Shown here: positions 12,876-25,164 of the stretch, one piece after another
Numbering within the stretch: the stretch's first letter is position 1
Layout: the number at the start of each line of letters is the position of its first letter
Assembly (NCBI GenBank): GCA_030704615.1
Contig: CM060731.1
Span: 53,630,001 to 53,694,000, forward strand
Length of the DNA stretch: 64,000 nucleotides
Direction of reading: 5' to 3'
Source of the DNA: Takakia lepidozioides
Lineage: Eukaryota; Plantae; Bryophyta
Notes under the pieces: generated by a model
Told to the model about the DNA's origin: nothing
The model's database searches: none
Seen by the model: the letters and a program-made list of their open reading frames with translations, nothing else
Program-made: the position numbers and the translations under genes

Positions 12876-15800
12876 CTATGGTGAGGATCCGCGATCACTG
12901 TCCAATGCATCCCCGGCCTCATGCAAGGATGGCTGCCCTCCACCTGCCTCCAAACCTGCACTGCCGCTACCGCTGTTACTCTGAGAAGCCCTCCCCTCAA
13001 AAATACCATCCTCACCAGCCGGAACTGTCCACCTGGGTGCGGAATTGTCCTCATCATCCCTCTCGCTCTCGGACGCGGATTCTATGATGAACTTGCCTAC
13101 TCTACCTTTCACAATTCTATGTTTGGCCTCACGCCTCATTATAATTCTCTGTTCATTCCCGAATATCAATTGCTCAAACCGAGTAGGCCTATCCTCCCTC
13201 CTGATGGCTTCTCTGGCAGCCGTGTCTGCATAGGCTGGTAGAAAAAAGGCTTCTGGGGACTCGCGAGAAACGATTTTCTGGCAAAGAATGGCCGATGCGA
13301 TTCTGTCTCCTCCTCTGCAACAGGGTCCGATTCAGGCAAGTCTCCCAACATTTCCTCGTCGGACGACTCTGCAAGGCTGAGTGTACGCACAAACATAGAA
13401 TGAAGCACATTAGAGCATTCAAACAGGGAATCATCGGCAGGTTGCATGGTCCCTACAACCGAAACCAATACACTTACTATGGTGCAACTCTCTCGAAGAC
13501 AGGCATTGGAGGAAGCGGCTTCGGGCGCCCCTGCATCGTACGAATTTCCTGGACTTCCTCCTCTTCCTCTTCCTCCTCCCCTTCCACGTCCTCTTCTGCG
13601 TTTTTGGGATCCTCAGTCGGAGGCAGACGCTGTAGGCCCGCCAAATTGAAATTGTACAAGGCCGTATCCCCCTCAAATGAGAACACAAATCGGTTGGACA
13701 TCCTTCCCGCCCACATACAGGCACCTGCGAATTCATACGACACAAGCACAGCTAAACTCAAGAATGAGTTGCTTCCTCGCACAAGCAAACATACACAATC
13801 GGAATTGGTGTCAATTTCGGTGCCGCAATCACTTAACGCTCTCACCTGTATTTGCAGTGACGTTGAGGACCCTGCCTTCAACATCCGTACACGTTTCCAT
13901 GAGCGTCTAGATGAATGCAGGACTCCTGGTCCTGCCATACCTCCACGGCTTGCCCGACAAATCACAAAGCATGTCCTTCTCTCCCACATGGTTGAAGAGG
14001 ACGTTATACTCCAGTGGATCAACTGTGGAATCAACAAGTCTTCCTGCTTGACGTAATTTGAATTTCGAATGTTCCTTCACGAAGCAGAATGCCTGAAAGA
14101 TAAGAGTCTGCAAAGAAGGAAATGAAAACGTCAGAGGTGGCCTACACGTACATGGGCAATTTCGGCGCAGAAATTGGCATAGCAGAGGAGAACCACATCA
14201 TACCTTCTGGCCATCGTTTAGAAGACCCTGCGTGTTGATGCAAGTCCAGATCTTTTTCAGGATGGGTGCTGCACTTCTCCCCGTCCATACTTTGATATCA
14301 TTCTCAGTGACTTTTCCATTGGTTGCTAGCACAACAACACAGCCAGCGTCGTCCAACATGTTGGCTGCGAACCCGAATGTGTGGCTCCAGTATCTTTTGT
14401 CGTACTTGTTCCACCAGGGTAGTGAGCCCAGCCCCAGTATCTCCTGCCCATCCAGGATATCCACAAGGATCATGTCGATGGAGGCTTTCACCGCCCTGCC
14501 CCCGACTGTGCTCTTTTTGCCATGGCTCATCGCCACAAAATACTCCATCATCTTTGTGTAGCCAGGAGTGTCCTCCATATCATTGCCAGTGGCCTTCCTC
14601 TTCCCCTTCCCCTGGTGGGCCTCGATCGCCTTCCTCAATCTCGTTATCTCTAGCCTTCTGATCAGAGCAGTTAGGAAATTTTCATTAACACACTCCACAA
14701 TTGTGGGTGTTTTGAGGACTTCCCTGCCCTCAATGTGCACCGCACGGTAGGGTCTGCCAGGTGCATCCTCGCATAGTGATCTCTTTGAAGACGAACCCCC
14801 GGAGCGCTGGCCCTTGTGAATTTTTGAACGAGGTGTGGCCCCCTGGGTGTTATCCTGCTGGAAATCATCGTCGGAATCCTCGTCATCTGGCTGATTATGT
14901 TGTTTGCTTCTTCTTCTTGGGTGTGGGGGTCTTCGTCTCTTGCCCCTGTTTGCGCGTTCTTTTCTTCCTGTCCTTCGGCTGCTCAGCTGCCTGTTTCTCT
15001 ATCTGCTCCTTCGCCAACGCTGCCGCCTTGGCTGACTTTCTCAGTGCTTTCTGCTTGGCTGCCTCCTCTGCTTTTAGTCTTTCCGCGTCCTCTGGTTGGG
15101 GATCCGATTGCGCCTTCATAGCCCTGGCATTCGCTTCCTTCTTCAAGTTAACCTCCGAGAGGTCAACGGTGCCACTTGGAAGATCCACATACCAGGGACA
15201 ATCTACCAAATGCTCGGCATGCCACTCCTTCACCATTACTTCTGTGTACATCGTACCATGACCTCCAGGTGTCCTCCACGCCAGGAAAAATGGTGGAACC
15301 CTTTGAATGGCTCCGGACGGAATGAGTGCAAAGTTTATGTACCTGCAATCACGAGGCAGTTCAGCAAAAATCATTCTACTGATGCATCATGCAAGAGGAA
15401 GTTCTCAATGCACAAGGTATTTCGGCACCGAAATACGCAGTGGACCGTGCCCCAATTACCCAGCACTCACATCTTGCAGAGGTATATTTCGGCGCCGCAA
15501 TATCCACCGTTGCTTAGCTAAATCATCAAAACTGCAAATAGGGGGATGCATTGGCAGTAGATTACCTGAACAGGACACGCATTATCGCTTTGTCGGCACC
15601 CTCCTGCTCTTCGAAGTATACACTGCGTCTTGCCTTTGCAATTTCTCTGAAAAAGAGGTTTGCGAAGCGCCCTCGCCAGGACTGCACGTAGTTCTCCATT
15701 GTCTTAGGCTTCGTTCAGTCGATCTGTAACTTGAAAGTGATGGTGTTGCAATCCAATTGCTCCTGGGCGTGGGTCAGTACCTGCAGCATTGCAGGTTTCC

Positions 15801-17742
15801 AAAACATTCATGATTTTGAAATTGCGACGATGTCCAACACACAGAAGAGGAGGAAATTATACCTGATGCCACCAAGTCATCACATTGAGCCAATCGTTCA
15901 TTTTGTCGTCTGTTGGCTCGATGGGAAAGTGGTACAACAGCTTCGTGTTTGTATGGCCGTTCCAGATTCGCAGCCACCTCGTCTGCATTGCCTAACATCG
16001 GTCAGACAAGAACTTCATCATAACAATCGTGAGAAGACACAAAACAAGAACAAACACATGCTTACCTTCTCCGCCGGCTCAACACAGGACACTGCGATGT
16101 GATGAAGTTTCTCCATGGACATTTCCGGTTTCATGGGTCTGGAGTAATGCAGTCCTATCTCCGCCAAGAACTCAGCACCAAGACTAGGGTCAGCGATTGC
16201 AACTTGCTTAACAAGTTTGGACCTGTACTTGGTCCGTGATTGCCTCCCTGCCTGCACAATGTGACTCTCTATCGACGCGTCTGCCTTGTTGGGGGCATCA
16301 TTCTCAAAGAACTGCCTTTTGGCATAGGCCAAGTCATCCTTGATGTTTGTCTGCATTCCCATACCCAGCGGATACAGTCAGGCCACGGATCCCTGCAACA
16401 AATAGCATTAAATCGGGAAATTTGAGATGAACCTCACCGAATAGAGGATCTCCACCGTGGCGTCCAGTGTTGGACGGTACCAGGTGCGATCTGCTTTCGC
16501 AAGGGACTTCCTGTACAGCTCGGGATCGAGGGATTTTTGGAAGTCCGTCAGCGGTGCTATTCCCACTTCTTGCACTCTGTAGAGCGTATGTGCCAGATGA
16601 GTTTCCACGAAGGCCCTCTCTGTTACCCTGCCATGGAGATTTCCAGTTCATAGAGTGCATGACAGTCAAGAACATTGTCTATTTCGGCGCCGCAATAGGC
16701 AGTACACAAGGATGTAGTTGTATACTTACAGATTTATATCCGCCATGGCACCCTTCAGCAGTCCTCTGTCCTTGACATCCACTTTCACGACAATGCAGTC
16801 CACCATGTAATGCCAACTGATATCTTGCGGATGCATTTCAGCAATGTACTATGTCCAGGAAAGCATCCTGTGGTTCCCGTCCCAAACGAAGAACATCTTC
16901 CCTTCCATGTGTGCGAATGTGGGATTAGTCTTCAGAGAGGCTTCAAACTCGGCATTTACAGTGTGCCAGTGGGGGCTCCAATTCTGAAGCTCCTCTGCAA
17001 TGGGGCCCCTTGTGACACCCTGGTCATTCTCAATGGAAACGTAGAATGTTGCCGACCCCTGTCTATACCCCTCTCTGAAGTTGTGCTTCAGTCAATCGAT
17101 GTCCCCTGGCAGTGCTTGCCTTACAACTGGAAGGCTAACCATGCAACACAAAAGAACTTTGAGGTTCTCCGGATACACCATGGAGCCCAAAACGCGGCCT
17201 ATGTTGCTATGAGTCTCTGCTAGCAACCTGTTTGCTGCTATGTTCATGTCTTGTGCGCTCATGAGCATACCCGCCACCAGTTTCTTACTTCTATCACCTC
17301 TCTCACTTCCCTCACCCCTCTCACCAGCCTGTCTACTGTCCAAGAGGTTTTGCTCCTCCGCAAGCTCTAGCAGGTTCCGATCGTCGTCAAGTCGCACCAC
17401 GTTGTCGTCCTCTGCTTCTGTCAGCTCAATGGGCCGCCCTTCTGCAGATCCGACTCCGACATCTCCAGCGGCCTCCACCGCATCCGTGTTTTCTGAAACT
17501 GCCTGCAAACCCAATATCTCCGTTTCCAGTCTCCCTAGTGGTTTTACTGGCGAAGCCATGGGCTCCTTCTGCTTCCTCGGCTTCCGAACTCTAGGTGGGC
17601 TTTTCTGAGGCGATATCTGAGGTGTTGAATGAGGACTCGCTTGCCTCGATGTACTTCCACCTTGCGAGCGCAGCACCTGGGCAGGAGTATCCAAAGTTGA
17701 CTGTGTTGCCTCGCCCCCCTGCGATCCCTCCCCAGCTCCCAT
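12876..17742 (-). pseudogene. Multi-exon ParB/Srx domain + beta-class N4C/N6A DNA methyltransferase-like fusion gene
   Basis: MFFVWDGNHRML (DGNHR 16867-16881). Motif IV-like SIDMILVDILDG (DILD 14450-14461), then WSHTFGFAANMLDDAGCVVV. After splicing introns 14108-14203 and 13725-13845: RSPAFI*TLMETCTDVEGRVLNVTANTGACMWAGRMSNRFVFSFEGD, matching KP..LI..LI...T..GD.VLDPF.GSGTT..AA...GR..IG.E.D. Several in-frame stops; gene ends approximate. Confidence 0.8.
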
Positions 17743-18251
17743 GTCAAACAAACAGGAAAACATGAGACATTGCAGGCCAAAAAAAAGGTGTAAAAGGAAT
17801 AGTGCGTATGGAGTGCTTCACATCCGCGAAGCACGAATCTCTCACTGGTGGGCGATCCGAGTCTCCGGATAACGAGGTCTGCATTTCCTGCATGAGACGG
17901 AGCTTAAGTCGTATCGTCGGCGGCTTCCCAAAATCCCGCATCCTCCTCTTTGCCGGAGTCGCCTGACCTTCCACAAACTCTATGCTATCACTATGCTGCA
18001 TAAGGAGAGGAAACGCAGGAGAATGTCACTACAGAAGGGAAGGGAGCGAGAGAGCGAAGCGGTGGAATATGCAACCACTACGCACGAGCAGATGCGTAAG
18101 CAGCCACGTCTCCGGAAGCGTTGCCATAGTCCACCACTTTTTGCCGTATGGGCGATGAAGAGATTGCGACCCCTGACACGTTCGCACGGATGAAGTCAAC
18201 TGGAACACGACGCGTGCCTGTTCAAGCCACCAGTACAAGACGCTTTATCCG

Positions 18252-19866
18252 AATTGCGGCACCGAAATACCGTTCCGTTCACCGGATGTTGTTCCCGGAG
18301 CAGCCGACATTAATGAAATATCCGCACATCACGAAACCCAACCGCCATGAAAATCCCCTGCCTATGACATTCAACAGTCAGGTCGTAACGTTTCATCAGC
18401 GGACGGATGAATTTCGGCGCCGAAATTCATCCTATTGAAGTGCTTCCATGCACAAACTTATGAATTTCGGCGCCGCAATTCATCGCTTCCCCAGTCCTTA
18501 TCCATCATGAGCAAACCTGTTAGTAAGATATCGGAGCCGGAATTAATTCCGGGACAGTGGAGACGGCTGCACCTGGGCACATTTCATCTATATTTTGGCG
18601 CCGAAATTCATTACGAATATCTCCGTCCGCGCGTAGATGAGGTGAAATCATCCATATTTCGGCGACAAAATTCATCCAGCGCGAAGAGTAAATCGGCACC
18701 ATGCTACGCTTTGCCGCCATCATTGCCCCTCACGGATGTTGTCCATGCCTGTTGGACTTGCCATGTCCGGACATTTAACTATAATTTCGGCGTCGGAATT
18801 ATACTTTATGTGCGGCAACGTCCCGTGCGAAAAAAGACCACTTAATGGATACTGTCAGTTTCAAATGAAAACAACGGCTAAAATGCAATTAATTTTCCCC
18901 CAACATGAAAAAATATCCCCTTTCGACATTGGATAACGGTCTTTTGTAAGACAGAAGGGGTTGAATGTGCCGATTTCTCCATTAAATGCAGAATATTCGT
19001 GTTATCTTCGTCGGAATGGATTATCTCCAACGAATTTCGGAACATTACATCATCCAGAAGCAAGAAGTAAGTGTCGGGTTCGGACGAATTTCGGCGCCGA
19101 AATTCATCCGTCGCATAGAAAATGTAATATTACAGTTACTCATTGCGGACAGTAAAGATGAATTTCGGCGCCGAAATCCAGCGCTCAAACCCTTAAAAGA
19201 ATTTGGATGGATGACCTCGGATGAATTTCGGCGCCGAAATTCATTGCTCGCGAAGAAAGAAGAAAATTAGAAGGGAGGACTTGGATGAATTTCGGCGCCG
19301 AAATTCATTGCTCGCGAAGAAAAGAAAAAAATTAGAAGGGAGGGCTTGGATGAAATTCGGCGCCGAAATTCATCTGTCGCAAGGAAAAAGTAAAAGAAGG
19401 GAGGACTTCGGATGAATTTCGGCGCCGAAATCCATCCGCAGGACAACAGAATTAGAGTCGGAAAAGGAGAAGAAGAATGAATTTCGGTTTCAAAATTCAT
19501 CCATTCTGCCTATTCAGGATTAGTGTCATTCGGATGTCGGCACCGAAATCTGGACACGTGGTGAATCACGACTGTAATCACGAACACATTCATCCGTATT
19601 TCGGCATCCAAATTCAACCCTTACTTGCAGAAACAATTTCATGAAGAAGATGTTCATCCGAATTTCGGCACCGAAATCCATCCGTTGGGTGCTTGCTCAG
19701 TTTCATGAGGTGAACAAATTACGATTTCTGTCGCCGGAATTCATCCCCTGGCTTCCAAATCTGTTACATGACAGAGATGTTCATCCAGATTTCGGTGCCG
19801 AAATTCATGGGAAGGCCTGATTTATTGTAGCCCAAGTGGTGGTACATCACAATTCAGGCACCAAAT
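18252..19866. repeat. Large array (~20 copies) of (GGATGA)ATTTCGGCGCCGAAAT(TCATCC) between the divergent ParB-MTase and transposase genes
   Basis: Perfect 28-bp palindrome at ~18405-18432; copies at 19088, 19162, 19225, 19289, 19354, 19416, 19481, 19534, 19598, 19662, 19724, 19789, 19852 and others. Confidence 0.95.
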
Positions 19867-19980
19867 ATCCGATGTGAACTTGCTGTTGTCGTCCGTTTTT
19901 GTAACGTACGTTATACACCTTCATCCATACGTGCACTGATCACCCATCCTGTTGGATACAAAATCCTCTAGAAAATCATT

Positions 19981-22900
19981 GTGGTATTAGATATGACACA
20001 CTCTTCTCATTGCAGGACTTCGCTGCGAAGCGTACCGAGAGGTCTCGTCTTCAACATAGACTCCCGTGTTTGGGTAAACGTGTACTTCCATCCTGATTCT
20101 CTGAAAGCTAAAATACCCTGCGACCAAGGATTTGCGATTGTCACTGAGCAGTACTTGTGTGTGAAGTTCGGGCTCCGCCCTGGAACGGTGTTTTTACGAA
20201 GGATGCTTATGGAATTTTTCTGGATAGTGCCGTCATTCTGCATGTAGATTTCGGAAAAGGCAAAGAGTAGCGGCTCCCAGCTTCTGAATCCATCCGGTAC
20301 AGTGCAATTGGTGAAATCGTGCCTAAAGAGTTCCCACGCTGGAACTCGGTTGATCCTCCTTCCACAAGAGGGTCTGGCGTTCAAGATGTGAAGTCTGCCA
20401 TGAAGGATGTGGGCACCTCTTCACAAGCAGAAAAGCCCAAACATGTGAAAAGGGAAATCCAGGAAAACAGGGAAACAGTCGTCCACGACTTATCCAGTGA
20501 CGATGAAGACTGTATGGTCCTTCCATCGTATGTTTCGAAGTCGTCCGTCACTAGGAGTGTTCAGAAGTCGGCAAACAATGAGCACACACCCTCCGACTCA
20601 ACTTCCGTCCGCTCAGTAATCGACATATTGCGGAGGATGAAGACAACGGGTTCCCGCTCCAGTGACCTTCTTAGGCTTGATTACGACAAAACTCCAATCC
20701 ATTCTGTGGAAACTTTGCCTGATGTTGTGGATGGGAATGCTATCTACGAGTTCCCTGCAGTGCCGGCAGGCGCAGGCCCAGACGGCATGCTGGCAGGAAT
20801 GAACAGGAAACATGACGACCACCCTTGGTGTGTCACCAAAACTTCATCGTCCAACCTGGGTGATGGAGTTCGAGTGAGATATGTATTGTGTGCTGGGCAT
20901 CTTAAATGTTTCTCGAGCACATGTTACCATTACACGAGCAAAGGCACCCGGAATGAGACTGACTGGATTGGCAATTCGTCGACCCCATTTTGGCCTCAAG
21001 GTAGAGTTCCTGCAGGGACGTTCAAGTGTGCCCATTGCAACGCAGCCCCTATGTGCATGACAGTGTGCAATGCCAAGCAGTACTACGTCGGGACCGTCGG
21101 CCCAGCGTGCACCAGAGCATGCATTCACATCGGAAAGCATGACCACCCCGTCGCCAGAGGCAATTGCAGAGTCGCTTTTCAACAAGCCCACGATATTATC
21201 AAGGAGGAGGTGAGGTTCAGGCCGAGAGCAAAACCAAAACAGATACAGCTCGCATCCGCACATAGAATTGCAATTGGCAGAATAATGTCGGAGGACGGAA
21301 GCAGAAGAGAGAAGCTGGGCGAGGGGGACATGAAGGAGCTGCTGGAAGCTGTCTCCCATGTGTGCAGCCCCAATGTCAGGAACCACATTGTCGGCTGCAA
21401 GAAACGAATCGGAAGAGGATCAGACATGCACTCCATCTTGGAAGTGAAGCGCACATGCGGCTACAACTTCATCCAAGGCAACTTCTTTCCTGGTCAAGGC
21501 TCAGAGACGGACAGGTGCTTCATATTTAAGATGTCAACGTGCGGACCGGGGAGCAGCGTCGATTTGGTGAAGCGGATGACCAGTGGAGACCTCTCAAATT
21601 GCTGGGTCATGTTCGACCACATCCGGCGAATTACCAACCACGATTGGGTGACAATGGGGGCACATGTATACGACCCACATTGCAGAAAGTTGATGACCAT
21701 TGCTATCTGCAAAATGAAAGGAGAAGACACAGATTCGGAGTTGCGTATGTGGCGCGGAATTAATGAGCAAATGGCGAGAGCAAAGTTGCCCCCTCCCGAT
21801 TTTAGGGGCTTCATGGCTGACAATGCCCAGGCGAACTGGGCTGCAGTTAGGAGGGTATATGGGGACGACCCAAAGACTCCAATGGAAGGTAATGAGAGAT
21901 CTTGCGGGTTCCACTTCATGCAGAGTTTGACGCAAAACATGAAAAGGTTCGTGGCGTCACGCCACCGGCAGGATCATATCAGTATGTGCCTTGCGTGGAA
22001 AAATGCGAATTCCATCGACGAGGCGGAGACCGAGTTTGCAACCATACGCGCCTGGTGGGTGTCTTCAGGGGCAGTGGATGTGAAAGATCAGCCAGAACTG
22101 CAAACGTGGCTTGCGTGGTGGCACTATAGATTCCGCCAGTTTGGAGACTACATGAGACAGGTAACACATTTCTGTATTTGACAATTGTTCTGTTTTGTGC
22201 TTGGACATTCTCCACAATGAGTGACATTTCTAATTTCCTTCAACAGGACATGAGCTTGGAGGATGACACGGATATGCCGACGACGAACATGGCCAAATCG
22301 GTGCACTCTTCCTGGCGTGCTTCCTCTGCGGCACATCTCGTTGACATGTTGACAGCAACAACAGAAGATATTGTGAGGGCCATCATGCAACAATCTCGTT
22401 ACTACCAATTTCTGGGAGGAAAGCAATGGGGTATCGGACCAGACAGGTAGGAGATGCTGATGAGGGCGGCGCATCGTTCGACCGATCCCAAAAAATGGAC
22501 TGCTGCATTGCGGGAAACAATAAGGTCAACGCTGTTACACAGTCGGGGGAACTGCCTGGAGGGCGATGTCTGCAGCCGGCCGGTGAAGAGAAGAATTGAG
22601 GACATGCCTGGAGGCGACGGGGATTCATGGAGATCAGATATGAACATCCGCACTCAACCTCGGGGCGCAACGATGTTGCGTCCCACGCCTCTTCCCAGCA
22701 GGACTCATACCCCCTCTCCTGCAGCATCCATGGAATCGCTGCCAGACTCGGGACACCATGCCGAGGATGAGCATGTTGCTCCTATTTTCGTTACCCAATA
22801 CAACATTCCAATCATGGAGCGAGATGTGTCGGCCTCGCAGTGGAGAATTGCACGGACCCGTCCGACATTTCGTGGCAAATGTTGTGCTGTTCGTGTCGAC

Positions 22901-23674
22901 ACCAACCAGAGATGCAATGAGATGATTCGGAGGAGCCCGTAGGGCGGTGTGCCTGCCCCTTGCTTCACAGGGAGATTTGTGTGCGCAAAGTTTGTGGAGG
23001 CCACACTGAAGGAGTTTTGGTTCTGCAGGCATGACATCATGTTGTGTGTGTTCGGCAAGCCCAAGTATGGTGTACAAGGCATGCCTGAACCACCGGCAGT
23101 CTGGCCTGTGGCAACTGGTACAGATCTTACCCTGGAGGAGGCAGACGCTCTAGGAAGTGCAGGGTTTCGACTGGTGGAGAGGACAGACGTTCCACGAAAT
23201 CTAATTCCCAGTCGTCATCCTCCTCCCACGAGAAGCTCTTCGCCCCGCATACCGGTGGGTGACCCTGCAGCTTGGCCCACACATCGGTGGGGGAAACTGA
23301 AAAGACGGCGGCCACCAACAAATGCGAACGACACCAGGATGGCCAACGCTCTTGCAATGCCCTACATAGTGCAAGGTTGCAGGGATGTTCCTCACCCCGG
23401 GATGGGGCGCATATTTCAGTTGTCAACAGCCGGGTCTGCTGCGCGCAGTGTCATGTATGCAATCACGGTTTCTTAGTACCCAGCTTGCAACTGTGAGGAC
23501 TTCCTTGTTATGGAATCGAAGAATGCAGCATACGTCCCCTGCAAACACCTTTATTACATTTTTCTGAAGCGCATGAGTTGCATATCCGCAGTGGACGTTT
23601 TCATCCATGCTCCAACACTGAGTTTCAACGAGCTGCACAAGGCCCTACGGCAGGATACAGATCGGACTGCTTGA
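19981..23674 (+). pseudogene. Element B transposase: GCM/WRKY-like Zn domain + MULE DDE + SWIM finger
   Basis: CAGHLKC...CAHC...CNAKQYY...HIGKHDH; MFDH, FMADNAQAN, CGFH (CxxH); intron 22161-22246; TTNMAKSVH (expected catalytic E reads K); SWIM CNCEDF...PCKHLYY; TAG stops at 22448, 22940, 23474. Confidence 0.85.
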
Positions 23675-24387
23675 CATTCCACATTCGGGAAGGAGAAAGT
23701 GGCAATTATATTACATTCATCTTCTTGCACCCTATTTTTTTGTGAGGAATTATACACTTGGTGGTGCCGCACCGCCATAGCTCCAGGTGCATTTCGGTGC
23801 CGCAATACATGAGAATGTGGTTTTTGGCCGTGAATGGCATGCGCATGCTTTTCTTATTTTGGTTGTCTATAAATGGATCCGAGTAAAGCATACATTGTGT
23901 GGAAATACACGGGCATTGAGGCCTATTTCAGCGCTGTTATTGGTCTGTATACTGCATAGTGCTTCCTTGTTATTGCTCTTCATTCAATTTGTGGTGATTT
24001 TGCAGCCCATCCTGGCGTTTTCGTCCACCTGTATGAGAAGACTCCAATTTGCTACCAATACATTGTCAGTGTTCTGCAAATGTGATGCCTTTACAAGATT
24101 GCTAGTTTTGTGTCCCAGTGGGAAGGGTCTTACTGCACATTCCAGCATTTGCATACTGCACCTTATGCAAACAGCAATCCATACGACAAAGGACACGTCC
24201 CAGCATACTGGCAGTGAATTGCAAAAAACCTTAACAGAAGATTATCCAAGCATGTATATTCCCCATATGGCACAGGGAAGCTACTTGATTTCTGAATCAA
24301 AATGTATGTGCCATGAGTGTCGGCGAGTCGAAACATGTCTACTCTAGCATGCAAGACCTATGGTCCCCTCGCCCAAGAAGAAGGAAC

Positions 24388-24941
24388 TCAAACTGGCCTC
24401 TCAAGGACCTCTTGAGTGACCGGGTGCCAACATTTGAACAAAATGTCAGCGGTTTCTGTCGCCCGGTTGAAACTAACGAGGATGTCGTGTTTATCGATAG
24501 CGCCCCCTTGGTAGAAGGACATTTTCACAGTGGGCCCTGTGTTCCCCTCATCCTCATCCTCATAACTGAAGAGAATGTCCCCACTTTCTGAGCCAGTCCG
24601 TCCACGCGTGAAGTTTTCACCTATGCACTCATCATACGTCCACGCGTGAAGTTTTCACCTATGCACTCATCATACGTCCACTCGCAACAATTCCAGCGAT
24701 ACAGCAACGCTGTGCGGGATCTGTTCGGCTCCCACTCAAGCGGAAAGTCCAGGTCCATGATGCGTAGGAACCACCTGCTCCCCAGCCGGGGTCTATGAGA
24801 ATCGTGCAATCCTGGAAGAAATTCCATTGCTCTCAGTTGGACAAGACGAGGATCGTTCCTGTAAACATCTAGGAAGACAACGATGTCGTCTGCTTCGGGA
24901 CAATGACTCCCGTCTGGCGTCGATAGATGTGATTCGGGCAC
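24388..24941 (-). pseudogene. Second cargo ORF of unknown function, frameshifted by a ~38-bp tandem duplication
   Basis: Paralog of 11444-12070; cgtccacgcgtgaagttttcacctatgcactcatcata duplicated at ~24599-24674. Confidence 0.55.
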
Positions 24942-25164
24942 GACGTGGCCTCACGACACATCAAGAACTCAGAGCAGGGAGGAGATGGGCACAACAAAGA
25001 AGAGTGAAGAGCAAAATGAGAGCGAGGCCGGCGGAAGAGGGATATATCATTGCTGCACTACCAATGTCGTATGCGGCAGAACTTCTATTTCCTCCGACAT
25101 GTGTGCTTTTATTAGACAAATCCGCACCAGTTTCAGGAGAGTTTGCAAAACTCCCTCACCGTAA

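Noticed and set aside
13295-14056. 253-aa plus-strand ORF
   Set aside because: It is an antisense shadow of the MTase exons and the acidic tract.
12876-17742. Bacterial or phage contamination as the source of ParB-MTase
   Set aside because: The gene has multiple GT-AG introns and lies in a TIR element nested among plant retrotransposons.
18252-19866. CRISPR array (palindromic repeats with variable spacers; also 7931-9272 and 12348-12627)
   Set aside because: Eukaryotic intron-containing context, no cas genes, adjacent spacers resemble each other, and single copies occur in introns.
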